A stretch of DNA of 64,000 nt, taken from Eledone cirrhosa. Its lineage: Eukaryota. The notes below the pieces were generated by a model. That model was not told the DNA's origin. It did no database searches and saw only the letters and a list, made by a program, of their open reading frames with translations. Shown piece by piece: positions 28,176 to 42,317 of the stretch (within the stretch, counting starts at the first letter, position 1; every line of letters begins with the position of its first letter). A program made the translations under genes and the position numbers. The stretch spans positions 46,190,001-46,254,000 of the forward strand of contig OZ024747.1 in assembly GCA_964016885.1 (NCBI GenBank). Reading direction: 5' to 3'.

Positions 28176-29356
28176 ATATATATATATATAAATTAGCGTA
28201 TGTGTTAGTTTATCCCCGACACTTTAGTATGCAGGTAGAGCACTCGACGAAGTACACAATTGGATTTGTTTACTCCGGAGTATATTTATAAACATGAAGT
28301 ACAAGTCAACATGTTATAATTTACTTCGTTTATTCCTAATCACTGATAGATATATTTCCGTGATAACCATTCTGCAACAGTTATGACCACATCAGACAGC
28401 TAGAAGTTGAACAGAAAAACTAGAAAAACAAATAAGAAATAAAGTTTACTTCTGTTGTTTCGATTCATTGACATGCTCCAGTTGCTGCTCTCCCTAAGCA
28501 CCGGTAACATGTCACTGGTGCTTTGAGAGAGCAACACTTATTGTCATACCTGCAGCACGCTCTTCGTTTGCCTGTGGGGTTGAATTTTCTGTTGAAGTGT
28601 CGACTCTGTATAGGTGAGAGTTCATTAGAATTTGACACTATGTTTTAAGGCAAAAAAAGAGGAAGTGAGCCACAAAAATAAGTAAATATTTTTCAAACAA
28701 TAAATGACCACAGCATAGCGTACAGCAGAAAATTTTAAATAAAATTAATCTGGATGAAACTACATTTTTGTTTACAACTCTAAATGTTGCTAATGAAATA
28801 AACAAGTGTAAACACACTTGTGTTATTCATTCCATTCACAGAAAAATATAAGATGTTGTGTTAACATGTTTCACAGATTATTATCAGAAGAAAACTACAG
28901 AATGATGAAAGGTTAGTTGAAATCGGCGGATATTTTAATTCAGAACATAAACATTCGTAATTAAATACCGGAGAGCAATTTGTCCTAGGAACGATTCTAC
29001 CAATCATCAACAACAACAAAAAAAAAAAGGACACAATGATTACAAATGTGAAGAATTTTCAAGGAGATGTTAACGATGTCATTGTTGAAATAAATAATCT
29101 AACGTTAGAATAGTAGAAGACTGTTGCCCAGAAGAAAATCCACTAAATTTTGCTAAGAAACTAATAAAACCGATTCATGTAAATGAGATTTTCATTCACA
29201 TACACTTACGGTAATCAGATGCATAAAAATATATACACACATCGAGTGTGGGCGCATGTATATTTATATATACTCATCGCGTCTGTGTGCATATATATTT
29301 ATATAATTATATAAGTATGTATATATATATATACACACACATCTATCTATCTATCC

Positions 29357-29422
<66 letters not shown>

Positions 29423-29443
29423 TTATCTCTCTCTCTCTCTCTC

Positions 29444-29514
<71 letters not shown>

Positions 29515-29575
29515 TTATCTATCTATATATATATAATAAAAATGTCTTCATTACGTTTATTGAGTACATTGTAAT

Positions 29576-29729
<154 letters not shown>

Positions 29730-30014
29730 AAACGGTGTACAGAAATGTAGCTAATGTCAGTCTCGAGATTCTCTGAAATTATTTAAACATAGATAAGAAA
29801 TAATAACCCTAAACCAATACTAATTGCATTAAGGCAAATGGGAAATTAAGACATTGATGTAAATAAATGTGTCCTTCCCTGCATGTAAGTGTGTGTTGGA
29901 TATATGTGTGTAAGTGTGAGAGACTGTATATATGTATGCACGTATGTGCGTGTATGTGGAATTATTGGTGATTTCGTATTCAAATGTACACTCATACATA
30001 CACACATGTATATA

Positions 30015-30080
<66 letters not shown>

Positions 30081-30259
30081 TATACGTGTGTGTGTATGTA
30101 TATATTTATATATATATTTATATATAAGGTATATATAAGATATATGCATATATATATATATGTATATATGAGAGATATATATGTATATATGAGATATATA
30201 TTATCTATATGCATATACATATATAACTAAATACATATATATATATATATACATATATG

Positions 30260-30299
<40 letters not shown>

Positions 30300-30624
30300 A
30301 TATATACATATATATATATATGTATATATGAGATATATATCATCTATATGAATATACATATAATATACATATATAACCAAATATATATATACATATATAT
30401 ATATAGTGATGAGTGGGAAAATGCAATATATTATGGAATAAAGAGGAGGAACATACTAAAGCAAATTCATAGCTCAGTTGGTAAATATGTTCTTTATTAT
30501 TTGAGATACGTGATTAATAGTAAAATTCATACGGTGTATAGTGAGAAATGAGGAATTTTATAATCACACACACACACACATACACACGCACACACATATA
30601 TATATATATATTTATATATATATA

Positions 30625-31645
30625 GCGGCGATGAATTAGTTTTGCGAGGTTTTTTATATGAAATCGTGTGTCGAAACAGATATTGTTATATTTGGGGAGG
30701 GTCATATTTGCGTAATATTGCCAGAATTAATAACAGAACACACTCACTGTTTGGTTGGTTTTCGCTTCTCGCTGTCTTTTATATATATATATCTGCGATC
30801 TAACTTACTCGGTCCTCAATGTTGCCATTGACTGACCGGCGGTCAAAAATAATACAGATACAATATGGACAAACACATATATATATAGTTTACATATATA
30901 TATAGTTTACTTTTCAGATATATATATATCAACCTCACAGCGATGATGCATTTTTATAGTGCAAAAGTCGGTTTAAACGGATTCGGCGAAACTGCAGTCG
31001 TTACTTTGAAGAAAAGATAGGCAAATCAGAGAGGCCAGTGAAATAGAAATTAGAAGACCAAAGCTAAACAGAAAGAATGAGTGGAACAACAACAACACCC
31101 AAACAAACAACACTGACCTAAGAGAAGTATAAATAAATAAGTAAATTAAATAAAATAAAATAAGATAAATAAATACATACACAAGCACATAAACACACAC
31201 TAGTCACCCAGCAGACACAACACTATACACACTAGTCACACATCACACATAACACTATACACACACGCAAACGCATGCGCAAGGAAGACAAAATAAAATA
31301 AGATAAATAAACAAGCAAATAAATAAATAAATATATGGACAGACTGAACAAAAAAAATGGCGTAGACATGCAACACAACGGGAGGAACAATGAATATGAC
31401 ACCACTGACGATGTTGCAGATGTGCAACGAAAGATTTATGTAAACTATATATATATGTGTTTGTCTATATTGTATCTGTATTATTTTTGACCGCCGGTCA
31501 GTCAATGGCAACATTGAGGACCGAGTAAGTTAGATCGCAGATATATATATATAAAAGACAGCGAGAAGCGAAAACCAACCAAACAGTGAGTGTGTTCTGT
31601 TATTAATTCTGGCAATATTACGCAAATATGACCCTCCCCAAATAT

Positions 31646-31653
<8 letters not shown>
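30625..31653 (-). mobile_element. PLE-derived element, family G: ~216-bp inverted repeats, ~540-bp spacer, 55-bp tail
   Basis: 30680-30896 is the reverse complement of 31437-31653 (near identical); (TA)n on both sides. Confidence 0.85.
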
Positions 31654-31689
<36 letters not shown>

Positions 31690-31695
<6 letters not shown>

Positions 31696-31884
31696 CAAAG
31701 GAATTGTGGTAAGGAATCAGATGGACCATAACGCACCAGAGTACTCAATATTTACGGTAGTAGAGTGGGAATTAGGAAAAAGTATGACCCCGACGGCAGA
31801 GCTCAAGCCGTTTCGACGGCTATTTCTGGACAGAAATAGCCGTCGAAACGGCTTCAGCTCTGCCGTCGGGGTCATACTTTTTCC

Positions 31885-31887
<3 letters not shown>
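31690..31887 (-). mobile_element. Fold-back element, family C, copy 1 (57-bp arms, GA loop, ~82-bp tail)
   Basis: Palindrome 31772-31887 centred on 31829-31830; homologous to 51002-51196. Confidence 0.9.
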
Positions 31888-31935
<48 letters not shown>

Positions 31936-31954
31936 GCATATATATATATATATT

Positions 31955-31992
<38 letters not shown>

Positions 31993-32119
31993 CAGAGAGA
32001 GAGTAAAAGAGAGATTGAAGGTACCAATTTACGTGTGCTGTATATACATAACATTACCTATTGAGTACGCTCAGGTGCAACCGGTACTAACAGTCAAACC
32101 CATGCTGTTCCCGTCAACT

Positions 32120-32171
<52 letters not shown>

Positions 32172-32349
32172 ATATATATGTTTGTGTATATATATAGATA
32201 TAGTTACATACTCACACATACATACATACATACAGACATATTACAGACGTTTCTCTGGTGACCAGCTCGAGGCACGATCGATGTGATGATCGAACCTGAC
32301 TCTGAAAACCGCAAGGTGCTCAGATACGTCTTGATTCTACGAAGCAGAT

Positions 32350-33216
<867 letters not shown>

Positions 33217-33313
33217 GTGAAAAATTGAACGGGAACTAAACAGAGAGGCAGTACAAGTACGAACAAAGGTTTATTAGTTTCACGCTCTTGAGAGTGGGGT
33301 GGTGGTGGGGAAC

Positions 33314-33341
33314 GACGTTTCGGGCGTAAGCCCTTCTTCAG
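33314..33341 (-). ncRNA. Canonical minimal type I hammerhead in a pLTR-like element (33216-33420)
   Basis: CTGAAGA-AGGGC ttac GCCC-GAAA-CG-TC: intact core, palindromic ACGT stem III, GUC triplet. Confidence 0.85.
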
Positions 33342-33769
33342 GTGAAAAGTGTGTGGGAAGAGAGTTCAAAAGGTGTGTAGGGGAGTGGTGGAGAGACGTA
33401 AAACAGGTGGTGGAAGGGTTATATATATACATATGTGTGTGTCTGTGTGTAAGTATATATAAAAATATGTACGCTATATGTAATGGAATTGCGCTAAATA
33501 TGTCCAGACGTCGGCGCTGTACACTTCATTAATATTGCTGAAACTACCTGGTATAAAATGATTCCCAGTAGAATATAGTTTTAGAATGTTAGTTAAACTT
33601 ATAAGGGCGTAAACAATGACTTCTTTATTTTCTTCTCCTATTTAGTGTGCCGGGAACGGATTGCTGATTTTTCTGTTATTTATCGCATAAATCATGTTGA
33701 ACATTTTTATTACCATCTTCCAAATGAAACAAACAGTAAATACCAAACGAAAGTATATATATATTTATA

Positions 33770-33799
33770 TATAGATGTGTGTGTGTGTGTGTGAGTGTG

Positions 33800-33841
<42 letters not shown>

Positions 33842-34029
33842 CGTGTGCGTGTGTGTGTGTGCGTGTGTGTGTGTGTGCGTAAATAAATATATACATATAT
33901 GTGTGTGTATATATATATATATATATATTTATTTATATATATGTCTGTGTGTGTATGTGTGCGTGTGTGCGTGTGTGTGTGTGCGTGTGTGTGTGTGTGC
34001 GTAAATAAATATATACATATATGTGTGTG

Positions 34030-34062
<33 letters not shown>

Positions 34063-34072
34063 ATATCTGTGT

Positions 34073-34123
<51 letters not shown>

Positions 34124-34163
34124 TGTGTGTGTGTGTAAATAAATATATACATATATGTGTGTG

Positions 34164-34198
<35 letters not shown>

Positions 34199-34251
34199 AT
34201 GTCTGTGTGTGTATGTGTGTGTGTGTGTGTGTGTGTAAATAAATATATACA

Positions 34252-34330
<79 letters not shown>
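33770..34330. repeat. Higher-order tandem repeat (~100-120 bp) of compound (TG)/(TA) microsatellite, about 4 copies
   Basis: GTAAATAAATATATACATATATGTGTG recurs at ~33879, 34001, 34135 and 34235. Confidence 0.85.
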
Positions 34331-34336
<6 letters not shown>

Positions 34337-34600
34337 GTGTGTATGTGTGATGTGTGTATATATATATAAACTTTCTCATGGAGCGACACCGCAACGAAAC
34401 CAATAAATCAGTCATTAGTCTATCCATATATCTGAATAATGAATGCAGCCTAAATTCTAGATGCATGCATAAATAGATAGATAGAAAGATAGCTAGATAG
34501 ATAGATAGATGGATGGATGTATGCATACATATGCATAGATAGATGGATGGATGTATGCTTACAGATCAATATATATGTATACATAGATACATAGATATAT

Positions 34601-34641
34601 GATAGCTGCCCCCTCATTATCGAGTATGGCCATTACACGAA
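34601..34641 (-). mobile_element. 3' terminus of an RTE-UTR-derived element whose remainder is at 41531-41835
   Basis: Matches the reverse complement of 58063-58102 in the uninterrupted copy. Confidence 0.6.
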
Positions 34642-34949
34642 AAAAACAACAACATCATAATAATAATAATGATAATAATAACAATAACAACAACAATGCT
34701 TTTTTTATTAACCACAAGGGTTTACACAAAGTAGACATTAAGGACAGTACAGGACAATACAGCACGGTACAAAAGGGCATTTCTGCGCGTAATAAAACAA
34801 AAAATCAGAGGATGTAATAATAGAACAATGAAAAAATAACCCAATAGGGGCGAGACTTTCGAGGGACATTCGTGGAGAAAGCCCATTAAAAAGCCACAGT
34901 GACCCTGACCACCAGGGCAAGTGCCCTCTCCCAGTTTTCCACCTTTAAT

Positions 34950-37900
34950 TTACAGACACATACTCAGAGCAGACCCATTCACTCGGGCCATTCTTGCCTC
35001 TCTCACCCATCTTTCAACAAAATGCTGGGAAGAGAGCACTTCCCTTTCTACCCTGATTTTCCTTTTCAAATGAAATTTGAAAAAGTTAATCAGGGCATCA
35101 CCGAAGAGGTAAGTGCTCGTCTTCAGTCCTTTCAAACGTCTCCACCATACTATCTCTTTCGCCATGGCCACAGACAGATAAAAACTGCCTGCCCTTCCCG
35201 GATAAAGGTAGAAGGCGGGGAAATCCTCACGATGGACTCAGCTGATAGCTGGATCCGTCCTACACGCGACAGCAGGTGTTCGACATAAACCCACAAGTCA
35301 GCAATGCTCGGACAGTGGAAGAGTGCGTGCAGACGGTTTCGTCGCCCTGCGCGCATCTCGGACATGCCCGGCTGACGGCACCTCCATGCCTGTAGAGTTT
35401 ATCCCGAACTGGCAAAGCTCCTCGGTAGCCCTGCCAGGCCAGAGATTTCTAGAAGTTGTCCATAGGCCGCGGCCCGAAAGTTCTTCCGAAGAGATTGGCT
35501 AGTTGATTTTCGTCGACGCCTAGAGTTTCCCCAAGTACGTCGTCGCTCTTCCCCTCCACTAATCCTCTATAGAACGCCAAGGTGGAGTGAGTTTCCATCG
35601 ATTACATTGCCCGATTGGTCGAGGGCTGTGAGCGCCTGAAGACATTCCAGTTTCCAAGCGCTCCCTCTCGGTCTTCGTGGAAAGACGCGTCTAACAAATG
35701 GCGACCACACCTGAGCACCGTCGAGGAAGAGGTGGAGATGTCGTAGCCTGAGCGCGTGTCTGCGCATCATCAGCCACGGCATACCCAGCCCTCCACGTAG
35801 CGGGTGTTGACAGCAGATGGACCGCCTGACCATCGGAGCGTTCCCTTCCACAAAAAGCGAAAGAACAAACGCTCCAGCGCAGTCAGGTGAGGCTTAGGAC
35901 AAGGTACGACGGTCAGGCAGTAGTAGATGACGGACGCCATGTACGCGTTAGCCACCTCCGCTCGACCTTTCAGGGATAGCTTCCTCTCCGCCCATTTGTG
36001 GGTGAGAGAAGCCACCCTGCTCGTCACCTCGTCCCAGTTTTTGTCCGTCTGGAGGTCCGGACCGAACCAGACCCCTAGCAATTTAACCGGTGCGTCCGTC
36101 CAGCGTCGGATGACGCTGTTGGGCGTCATGGACCTGCCTCTCCAGGTGCCGAGCTGCAGGCCCACTGACGTTTCCTGGTTGATCTTTGCTCCTGTCACCG
36201 CTTCGTATTCTCTTAGTGTAGTGCCGATCGCCTCGATGTGTTTGGGGTTCGACACCACTACGGTGACATCGTCCGCATATGCTCACACGGATCTTCCGCA
36301 TCTTAGTTCGCGCGGGACCCCCTCAACGTCTCCAGTTTGTGCAGTAATGGCTCGAGAGTCAATACGTACAAGAGGGACGAGAGGGGACATCCTTGGCGGA
36401 CCGAGCGGATGATGTTGAACGGTTCCGAAAGGTGACCGTTCACTCTCACCACAGAGCAGATGTCGCTGTGCATGGCAGCGATCCAGCCTCTTAAGACGGG
36501 CCCAAAGCCAGCCGCCCTCAGGACTGCCGCTAGGTAACGATGGTCGACCCTATCGAAAGATTTCGACTGATCTAAATTGATCAAGGACCCACCCGTGCCA
36601 GGTTCCCTAGCTACCCTCTCTACGATGTATCGCATGAGGTGGAGGTTGTCGTGGATGGATCTGTCGGGAATGGCGCATGTCTGCGCCTCTCCCACCAGAC
36701 CACCAACGACAAGCGCCAACCTCTTTGCTAACACCTTGGCCAAAATCTTGAACTCTGTGTTTAGCACAATTATGGGCCTAAAATTATCTATGTTATCCCC
36801 CTTGTTCGGATCCTTCTTTCTCAGCAGCGCCACAGCTCCTCGGCTCACAGAGCTGGGAATTCTCCCGTTCTGTTGCCAGTTGCTGTAGACGTCCGCCAAG
36901 AGGCCTCCGAACAAGTCTGGCATCTGTACGTAAAGTTCATAGGGCAGACCATCCAAACCAGGCGATTTACCCCTTGTGCAGTCAGTCATTGCCTCCCGTA
37001 CTTCAGCGGCTGTTATCGGCTTTACGCAACACTCCGCCTCAGTGGCCGAGAAACGCGGAAGTCCGTCGAGGTAGACACTAAAGTCCATCCCTCGATCCGG
37101 CCCGCCGCTGCCCCCGAACATCTGAGCGAAGTGTCGCTGAAAAGCTTCACACATTTGCCCGGGATCAAGTAGCATGCGCCCGTCGTGGTCCACCAAAGAC
37201 CGGATCGTGGCTTTGTTGCCACGACGCGCCTCCGCCACTCGGGCCCATTGAACGGCTTTCGTCCCCTCGTGTCTGAGAGCATGCACCATAGCTCTGACAA
37301 CGCAGCCTTCGTGCTTTGCATTGAATATTGGTCAAGGGCAAATTTCGCCGCAAGTACGTCGGTCGCGATGCCTTTGCTAAGCGCCTCGTCTAATTTTCTA
37401 AATAGTTCTCCCTCTGCTCTATTTTTCTCTATTGCTAAAGCCTTACTAAGCCTAATGGACTCTATTCTAATCGCTCTTTTCAGAGCAAACCACCACTTGT
37501 GTTGACGATGGCCCCGGTCAACGCCCGCTTAACTAGTTCGCTAATCCGGTCTCTGTAGGCCTTGCGCGCTGGTAAAGACGCGTTTAGCTTCCAGTAGCCG
37601 GGTCCTCGTCTATGAGCCTATCTAAGTCAAGCACACAGATCACGAATTTGTGGTCCGTGTAGCTGACTATCTTGAATTGTGGACAGCCTATGCTAAACCT
37701 ATTTATTTCCCTACAAAATACTCTATCTAGATATGATCTGGATGACCCTATACGGTTTGTCCAAGTCCACATTGGCACATTCGGGAAATCCAATCGGTAC
37801 CTGTCAGACAGTTCAAAACGCCTGAGCAGGTTGGTGAGGCTCTTGCACCCTCCTCCCCTATCCGCTAATCCCACACAGTCCTAGCGTGTATCTAAGATCC

Positions 37901-38363
37901 CGTTCCAGTCGCCCACTAACACTAAAGAACGGGACGTTCCAAGAAAGGTCTCCAGACGCTGGAAGAAATCAGGCCGCCCTGCTCCTGTCGGGGCATAGAC
38001 GGCCACTAGCCTGAAAACTTGCCCGTCTCCGCTGGTCACGTCCAGCACCACCAACTTACCTTCTGGGTCCAGGAATATGGCCCGTATGGCGAGATTCAAA
38101 CCTCTCCGAAAAACCACAGCAACTCCTTCCCCCGATCCAGGACGGCTGGGAGATGCGTACACATCGTAGCCGATTAAGATCGGAGCGAAGGCCCGTTCTT
38201 CGGGGATTCTGGTCTCGCTGATGGCCACTACATCTATGTTTAGTGACCTGAGGTCGTTGAGCAGGTGGCCCTGCTTCCATGACGACCCAAGCCACGCGCA
38301 TTTAAGCTGCCTGTTCTGAGTGAGGTCATGTTGAAATGGAGTGGAAAAGATGGGAAAGACCAC
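34950..38363 (-). pseudogene. LINE ORF2 (APE endonuclease, reverse transcriptase), multiple frameshifts
   Basis: ISET, VYAP, GDWN, YLDRVF, TDH; KSPGLDG, NFRPI, DQSKSFDRVDH, RQGCPLS, AYADDV (~36265-36282); HALFHC. Confidence 0.93.
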
Positions 38364-38646
38364 TTACCTTACTTCTCGTAGAGGAAGGATGGTTTCTCCA
38401 TTCTTTTCACTGCTTGTGGCCTCCTCCGGAAGGATGTCCTTATAAATCCTCCTGGAGAGTGCTTGTCGGAAGTCTCCGATGTCTTTGGGGAATTTTTGTT
38501 TTAGTGTCATGTACGTTTTCTGTGTGATGCGGGTGATTTGTATGTGTGGAGGTGGTGTGCACTTTTGGGGTGTTGTGTAGTCTTTTTCTGTGATGCTGGT
38601 GTTGTGTTGGATGTAGTGTAATAATTGGTTGTTGTTCAAATTTAAT

Positions 38647-38831
38647 TGTTTCTACTTTAGGCACAAGGCCAGCAAATACCCAGTGCATTACTGGTACTTT
38701 ATTTTATCGACCCCGTAAGGATGAAAGGCAAAGTCAACCTCGGCGGGATTTGAACTCAGATCGTAAAGGGACGTAATTATGCTGGAAAGCATGGCGTCCG
38801 ACCCTCCACCGATACTGCCAATCAACCGCCC
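38647..38831 (-). mobile_element. Full-length SINE inserted in the LINE, 18-bp TSD
   Basis: TTGTTGTTCAAATTTAAT at 38629-38646 and 38832-38849. Confidence 0.95.
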
Positions 38832-39169
38832 TTGTTGTTCAAATTTAATGCTGTGTAGTGTGTATCGTTTTAGTTGTTTTATTTTGTTTGCGTTTGTTGT
38901 GGATTTGTTTCTGTTTCGCTTTTTGGTGACCTTTGTGGTGTTGGTGATGGTGGTGTTGGGGCTAATGATGGTGATGGTGTTGGTGTTTTGGTGATGGGGT
39001 TGGTGATGCTGGTGTGGATGGTGGCATAGCTGTCCTAACTTTTTGGTTTGATAGTTTATTTGTTTACCTCTGTATTTTGTTTTTGGAGGGGGAAGGAAGA
39101 GAATTTTTTCTTTTTTGGCTTCTTTTTCTTTTTTTCTATTTTCCTGATACAGTTTCCCACTCCTCGTCG

Positions 39170-40333
39170 TCACAATCTGTCTCCAGTTGCGATAGGTCGG
39201 GGAGTGGAAAATCCTCCACAGGCGTTGGTTTTTTGTTGTGGCGTGGTGGATGGTGTAGGTGCTGCTGCTAGTTCTGGCGCGTTGGGTGGTGGTGGTGTTG
39301 GTTTTGCTACGGTTGCTGGGGTTGTTGCTGTTACAGTTGCTTCTGTTGTTGCTGCTACAGTTGTTGCTGCCAATTCTGTTGCTGGTGGTGTTGATGGTTG
39401 AGTCACTGGGGTGGGTAAGAGAGGTGGCCTCAACCTTTTAGCCTGAGGGCAGAAAGCCCTTAGGTGGGTTCCTTCACCACAAACGACACACCTAGGCCTT
39501 CTGCCCTCGTTGATTACGGTGAGGTTGCTGCCGTCAGTGAGGTCTATTACCTCTGGGATCTCCTCAATGCTTTTTTGGTCCACTTGGATCAGGAGCTCCA
39601 TCCCAGATCCGGACCAGTTCTCCTGCTTTTCTTTCGCTATTTCGATTATCTTGGTGTTGGCCTCGATGCCGGCGAGGACGGCAGCCATTAGCCAGGTAAT
39701 TTCGATGGCTGGTGGTACGTGGGTCACCCTGATCTTCACTAGTCTCTGGCCACAATAGCTTGGGACGAGTGTGAAGTCGTCACTTCTTAATGGGCCCATG
39801 GAGTGTTCTCTGGCCTCCTGTGGTGTTCCAAAGAACACGTCCACGGTTCCATATTTCTGCCCACGTCTGATGTGGTTTTTTTTTGCCCACACATGTCCCA
39901 AAATTTTTTGGATTTGGGACTCGGATGCCCGTCCCACTCGGCGCGATTTTATGTTAATCGTCCGATAAGACACAGTGCATAGGCGCCGATGCTCCATTTT
40001 ATTTGGTGGGGGGGGGGGGCTGACCCTGTGCCCATCTTTCTTTACCATTCTCTTGGCTTCATCTAATTCCTCCTGAGTTACCTGGATTGTTTCGCATTTC
40101 TTGGCTGCCTTCGCAAATGACAGGATGTTATTCTCATTGTTGTTGTTGCTGTTGTTGTTATTGTTATTTTTGTTATTATTATATTTAGTTTCAGTTGTGG
40201 TGGTGGTGGCGTCAGTGGTGTTCGGTGTGGAAGAGTCCATTCTGGGTGAATCCATTTCGATGTCACGAGATAATTTATTTTTTCCTTTTGTTTCTGTTGT
40301 CGCTGTGGGGGGGGGGGGGGGCGGCTTCAACAC
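39170..40333 (-). pseudogene. LINE ORF1 (gag-like, RRM-like region plus CX2CX4HX4C knuckle, Pro/Thr-rich tail)
   Basis: RPRCVVCGEGTHLRAFCP; position upstream of ORF2; continuation disrupted. Confidence 0.88.
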
Positions 40334-40725
40334 CTGTACTCATTAGTAATGGCGGGAAATGAATGTCTGCATGAGACAAATTTAAAATATTGCTACTGCT
40401 TATATTTTTAGTGTTGGCAAACGTAGTAATATTTACAATGGTGGTATCGGTGTGAGATGTTAGTTTGTGAGGAAGGTGTGACTGTGAGTCGTCCATGATT
40501 TTTTCAAAGAAATTTTTGTTTGATAATTATAAAAGTTTAAATTTTGGGCTCAAGGACCCAATCTTTTTGAGTGTCCTTTTCAGAAAACAATGTATGTGCA
40601 CTTATATACAGTTAACAATAAAAAATTTCCATAAATGGCAATTTTAAACAACTGAAAACAACAAACCTTTGCGGAGCTCACGATAATACGATTTCCTACG
40701 TAGATCGCCAATAATAATAATAATA

Positions 40726-40771
40726 ATTGTTTCTACTTTAGGCACAAGGCCAGCAATTATCCAGTACATTA

Positions 40772-40774
<3 letters not shown>
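40726..40774 (-). mobile_element. SINE 3' fragment in an (AAT)n tract
   Basis: TTGTTTCTACTTTAGGCACAAGGCCAGCAATTATCCAGTACATTACTG. Confidence 0.85.
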
Positions 40775-40831
<57 letters not shown>

Positions 40832-40844
40832 ATTAATGATTATT

Positions 40845-41527
40845 AATGCTTTCTTTATTAACCACAAGGGTTTACATAAAGTAGACAGTAAGGACAGTAC
40901 AGGACAATACAGGACGGTACAAATGGGCATTTCTGCGTGTAAAAAAACAAAAACAGAGGATGTAACAAAAAAATAACAATGAAAATTTCCCCAATCTGGG
41001 GGAGACTTCCGAGGGACATTTGTGGAGAAAGCCCATTAAAAGGCCACAGTGACCCCCCTGACCACCAGGGCAAGTGCCCTCTCCCAGTTTTCCACCTTTA
41101 ATTTACAGACACATACTCAGAGTAGGCCCATTCACTCGGGCCATACTTGCTTCTCTCACCCATCTTTCAACAAAATGCTAGGAAGAGAGCACTTCCCTCT
41201 CTACCCTGATTTTCCTTTTCAAATGAAATTGGAAAAAGTTAATCAAGACATCACCGAAGAGGTAAGTGCTCGTCTTCAGCCCTTTAAAACGTGTCCACCA
41301 TACTATCTCTTTCGCCATGGCCACCAGACAGATAAAAACTGCCTGCCCTTCCCGGCTAAAGGAAGAGGGCGGGGCAATCCTCACGATGGACTCAGCTGAT
41401 AGCTGGATCCGTCCTACACGCAACAGCAGGTGTTCGACATAAACCCACAAGTCAGCAAGGCTCGGACACTGGACGAGTGCGTGCAGGACGGTTTCGTCGC
41501 CCTGCGCACATCTCGGACATGCCCGGT
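40845..41527 (-). mobile_element. Second, 5'-truncated copy of the same Tx1-like LINE
   Basis: Aligns closely with 34695-35372. Confidence 0.95.
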
Positions 41528-41530
41528 TGC

Positions 41531-41835
41531 ATAATAATTATTAATTAATGCAATCGTGAAATCCCTGTGCGTGAAGAATATTTTTAAAGTGAGGAAAGAC
41601 TGTGCACTGAGCCAATCCCACTCTCTGAGCGACAGTAGCTATACCCGAAAAGAAGAATAGATCAACATCATCGGTAACTACTGAGCCGCAGGTTTTATGT
41701 CAGAGCTAACCCAGTTTTCTGAGATGCCTTCTCCTAGAAGAATGCCCTGACAAGGGCTAGGGGTCCTTCATTCTCAGTGGTTTAACTGCGCGATCGGGTA
41801 TCCAGCCCGATTATTTCTATGTGCCTGCGCATAAC
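41531..41835 (-). mobile_element. RTE-UTR-derived element, body
   Basis: Reverse complement of 57826-58050; GCCTTCTCCTAGAAGAATGCCCTGACAAGGGCTA motif related to 7865-7900. Confidence 0.7.
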
Positions 41836-41974
41836 CCCCCCCCCCAAAAAAAAACCTTCACTTATTGACACTCATACGTACGACATACACACACGCACAC
41901 ATACACATACATACGCGCACACGCATCAACACTCATGCTACATAGATATATAGGTGTATACATCTATTTATACG

Positions 41975-42108
<134 letters not shown>

Positions 42109-42317
42109 AGTGGAAGCTTAGTAAAGTCGAAGCTTTGGCTGTGGCCAAGCAAAGTCGACCTACAATAAGGAATGAGTAGCAAAGCACTCAATAAGGGTAG
42201 GTCCTTAGTGTAATAACATTACGTTGAAATAGCTTAACAAATTGAAAATTGCGGTAGGCAAAACCCAACCACACAATACCACAACGAAAGAACTAATCAG
42301 GTTAAAACAACAAAACC

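Larger units (their letters stand above)
34695..40709 (-). mobile_element. Near full-length Tx1/L1-clade LINE (~5.8 kb without the SINE), frameshifted
   Basis: ORF1 with CCHC knuckle; ORF2 with APE, RT and C-terminal zinc motifs; 3' AATAAA; flanked by (AAT/AAC)n. Confidence 0.95.
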
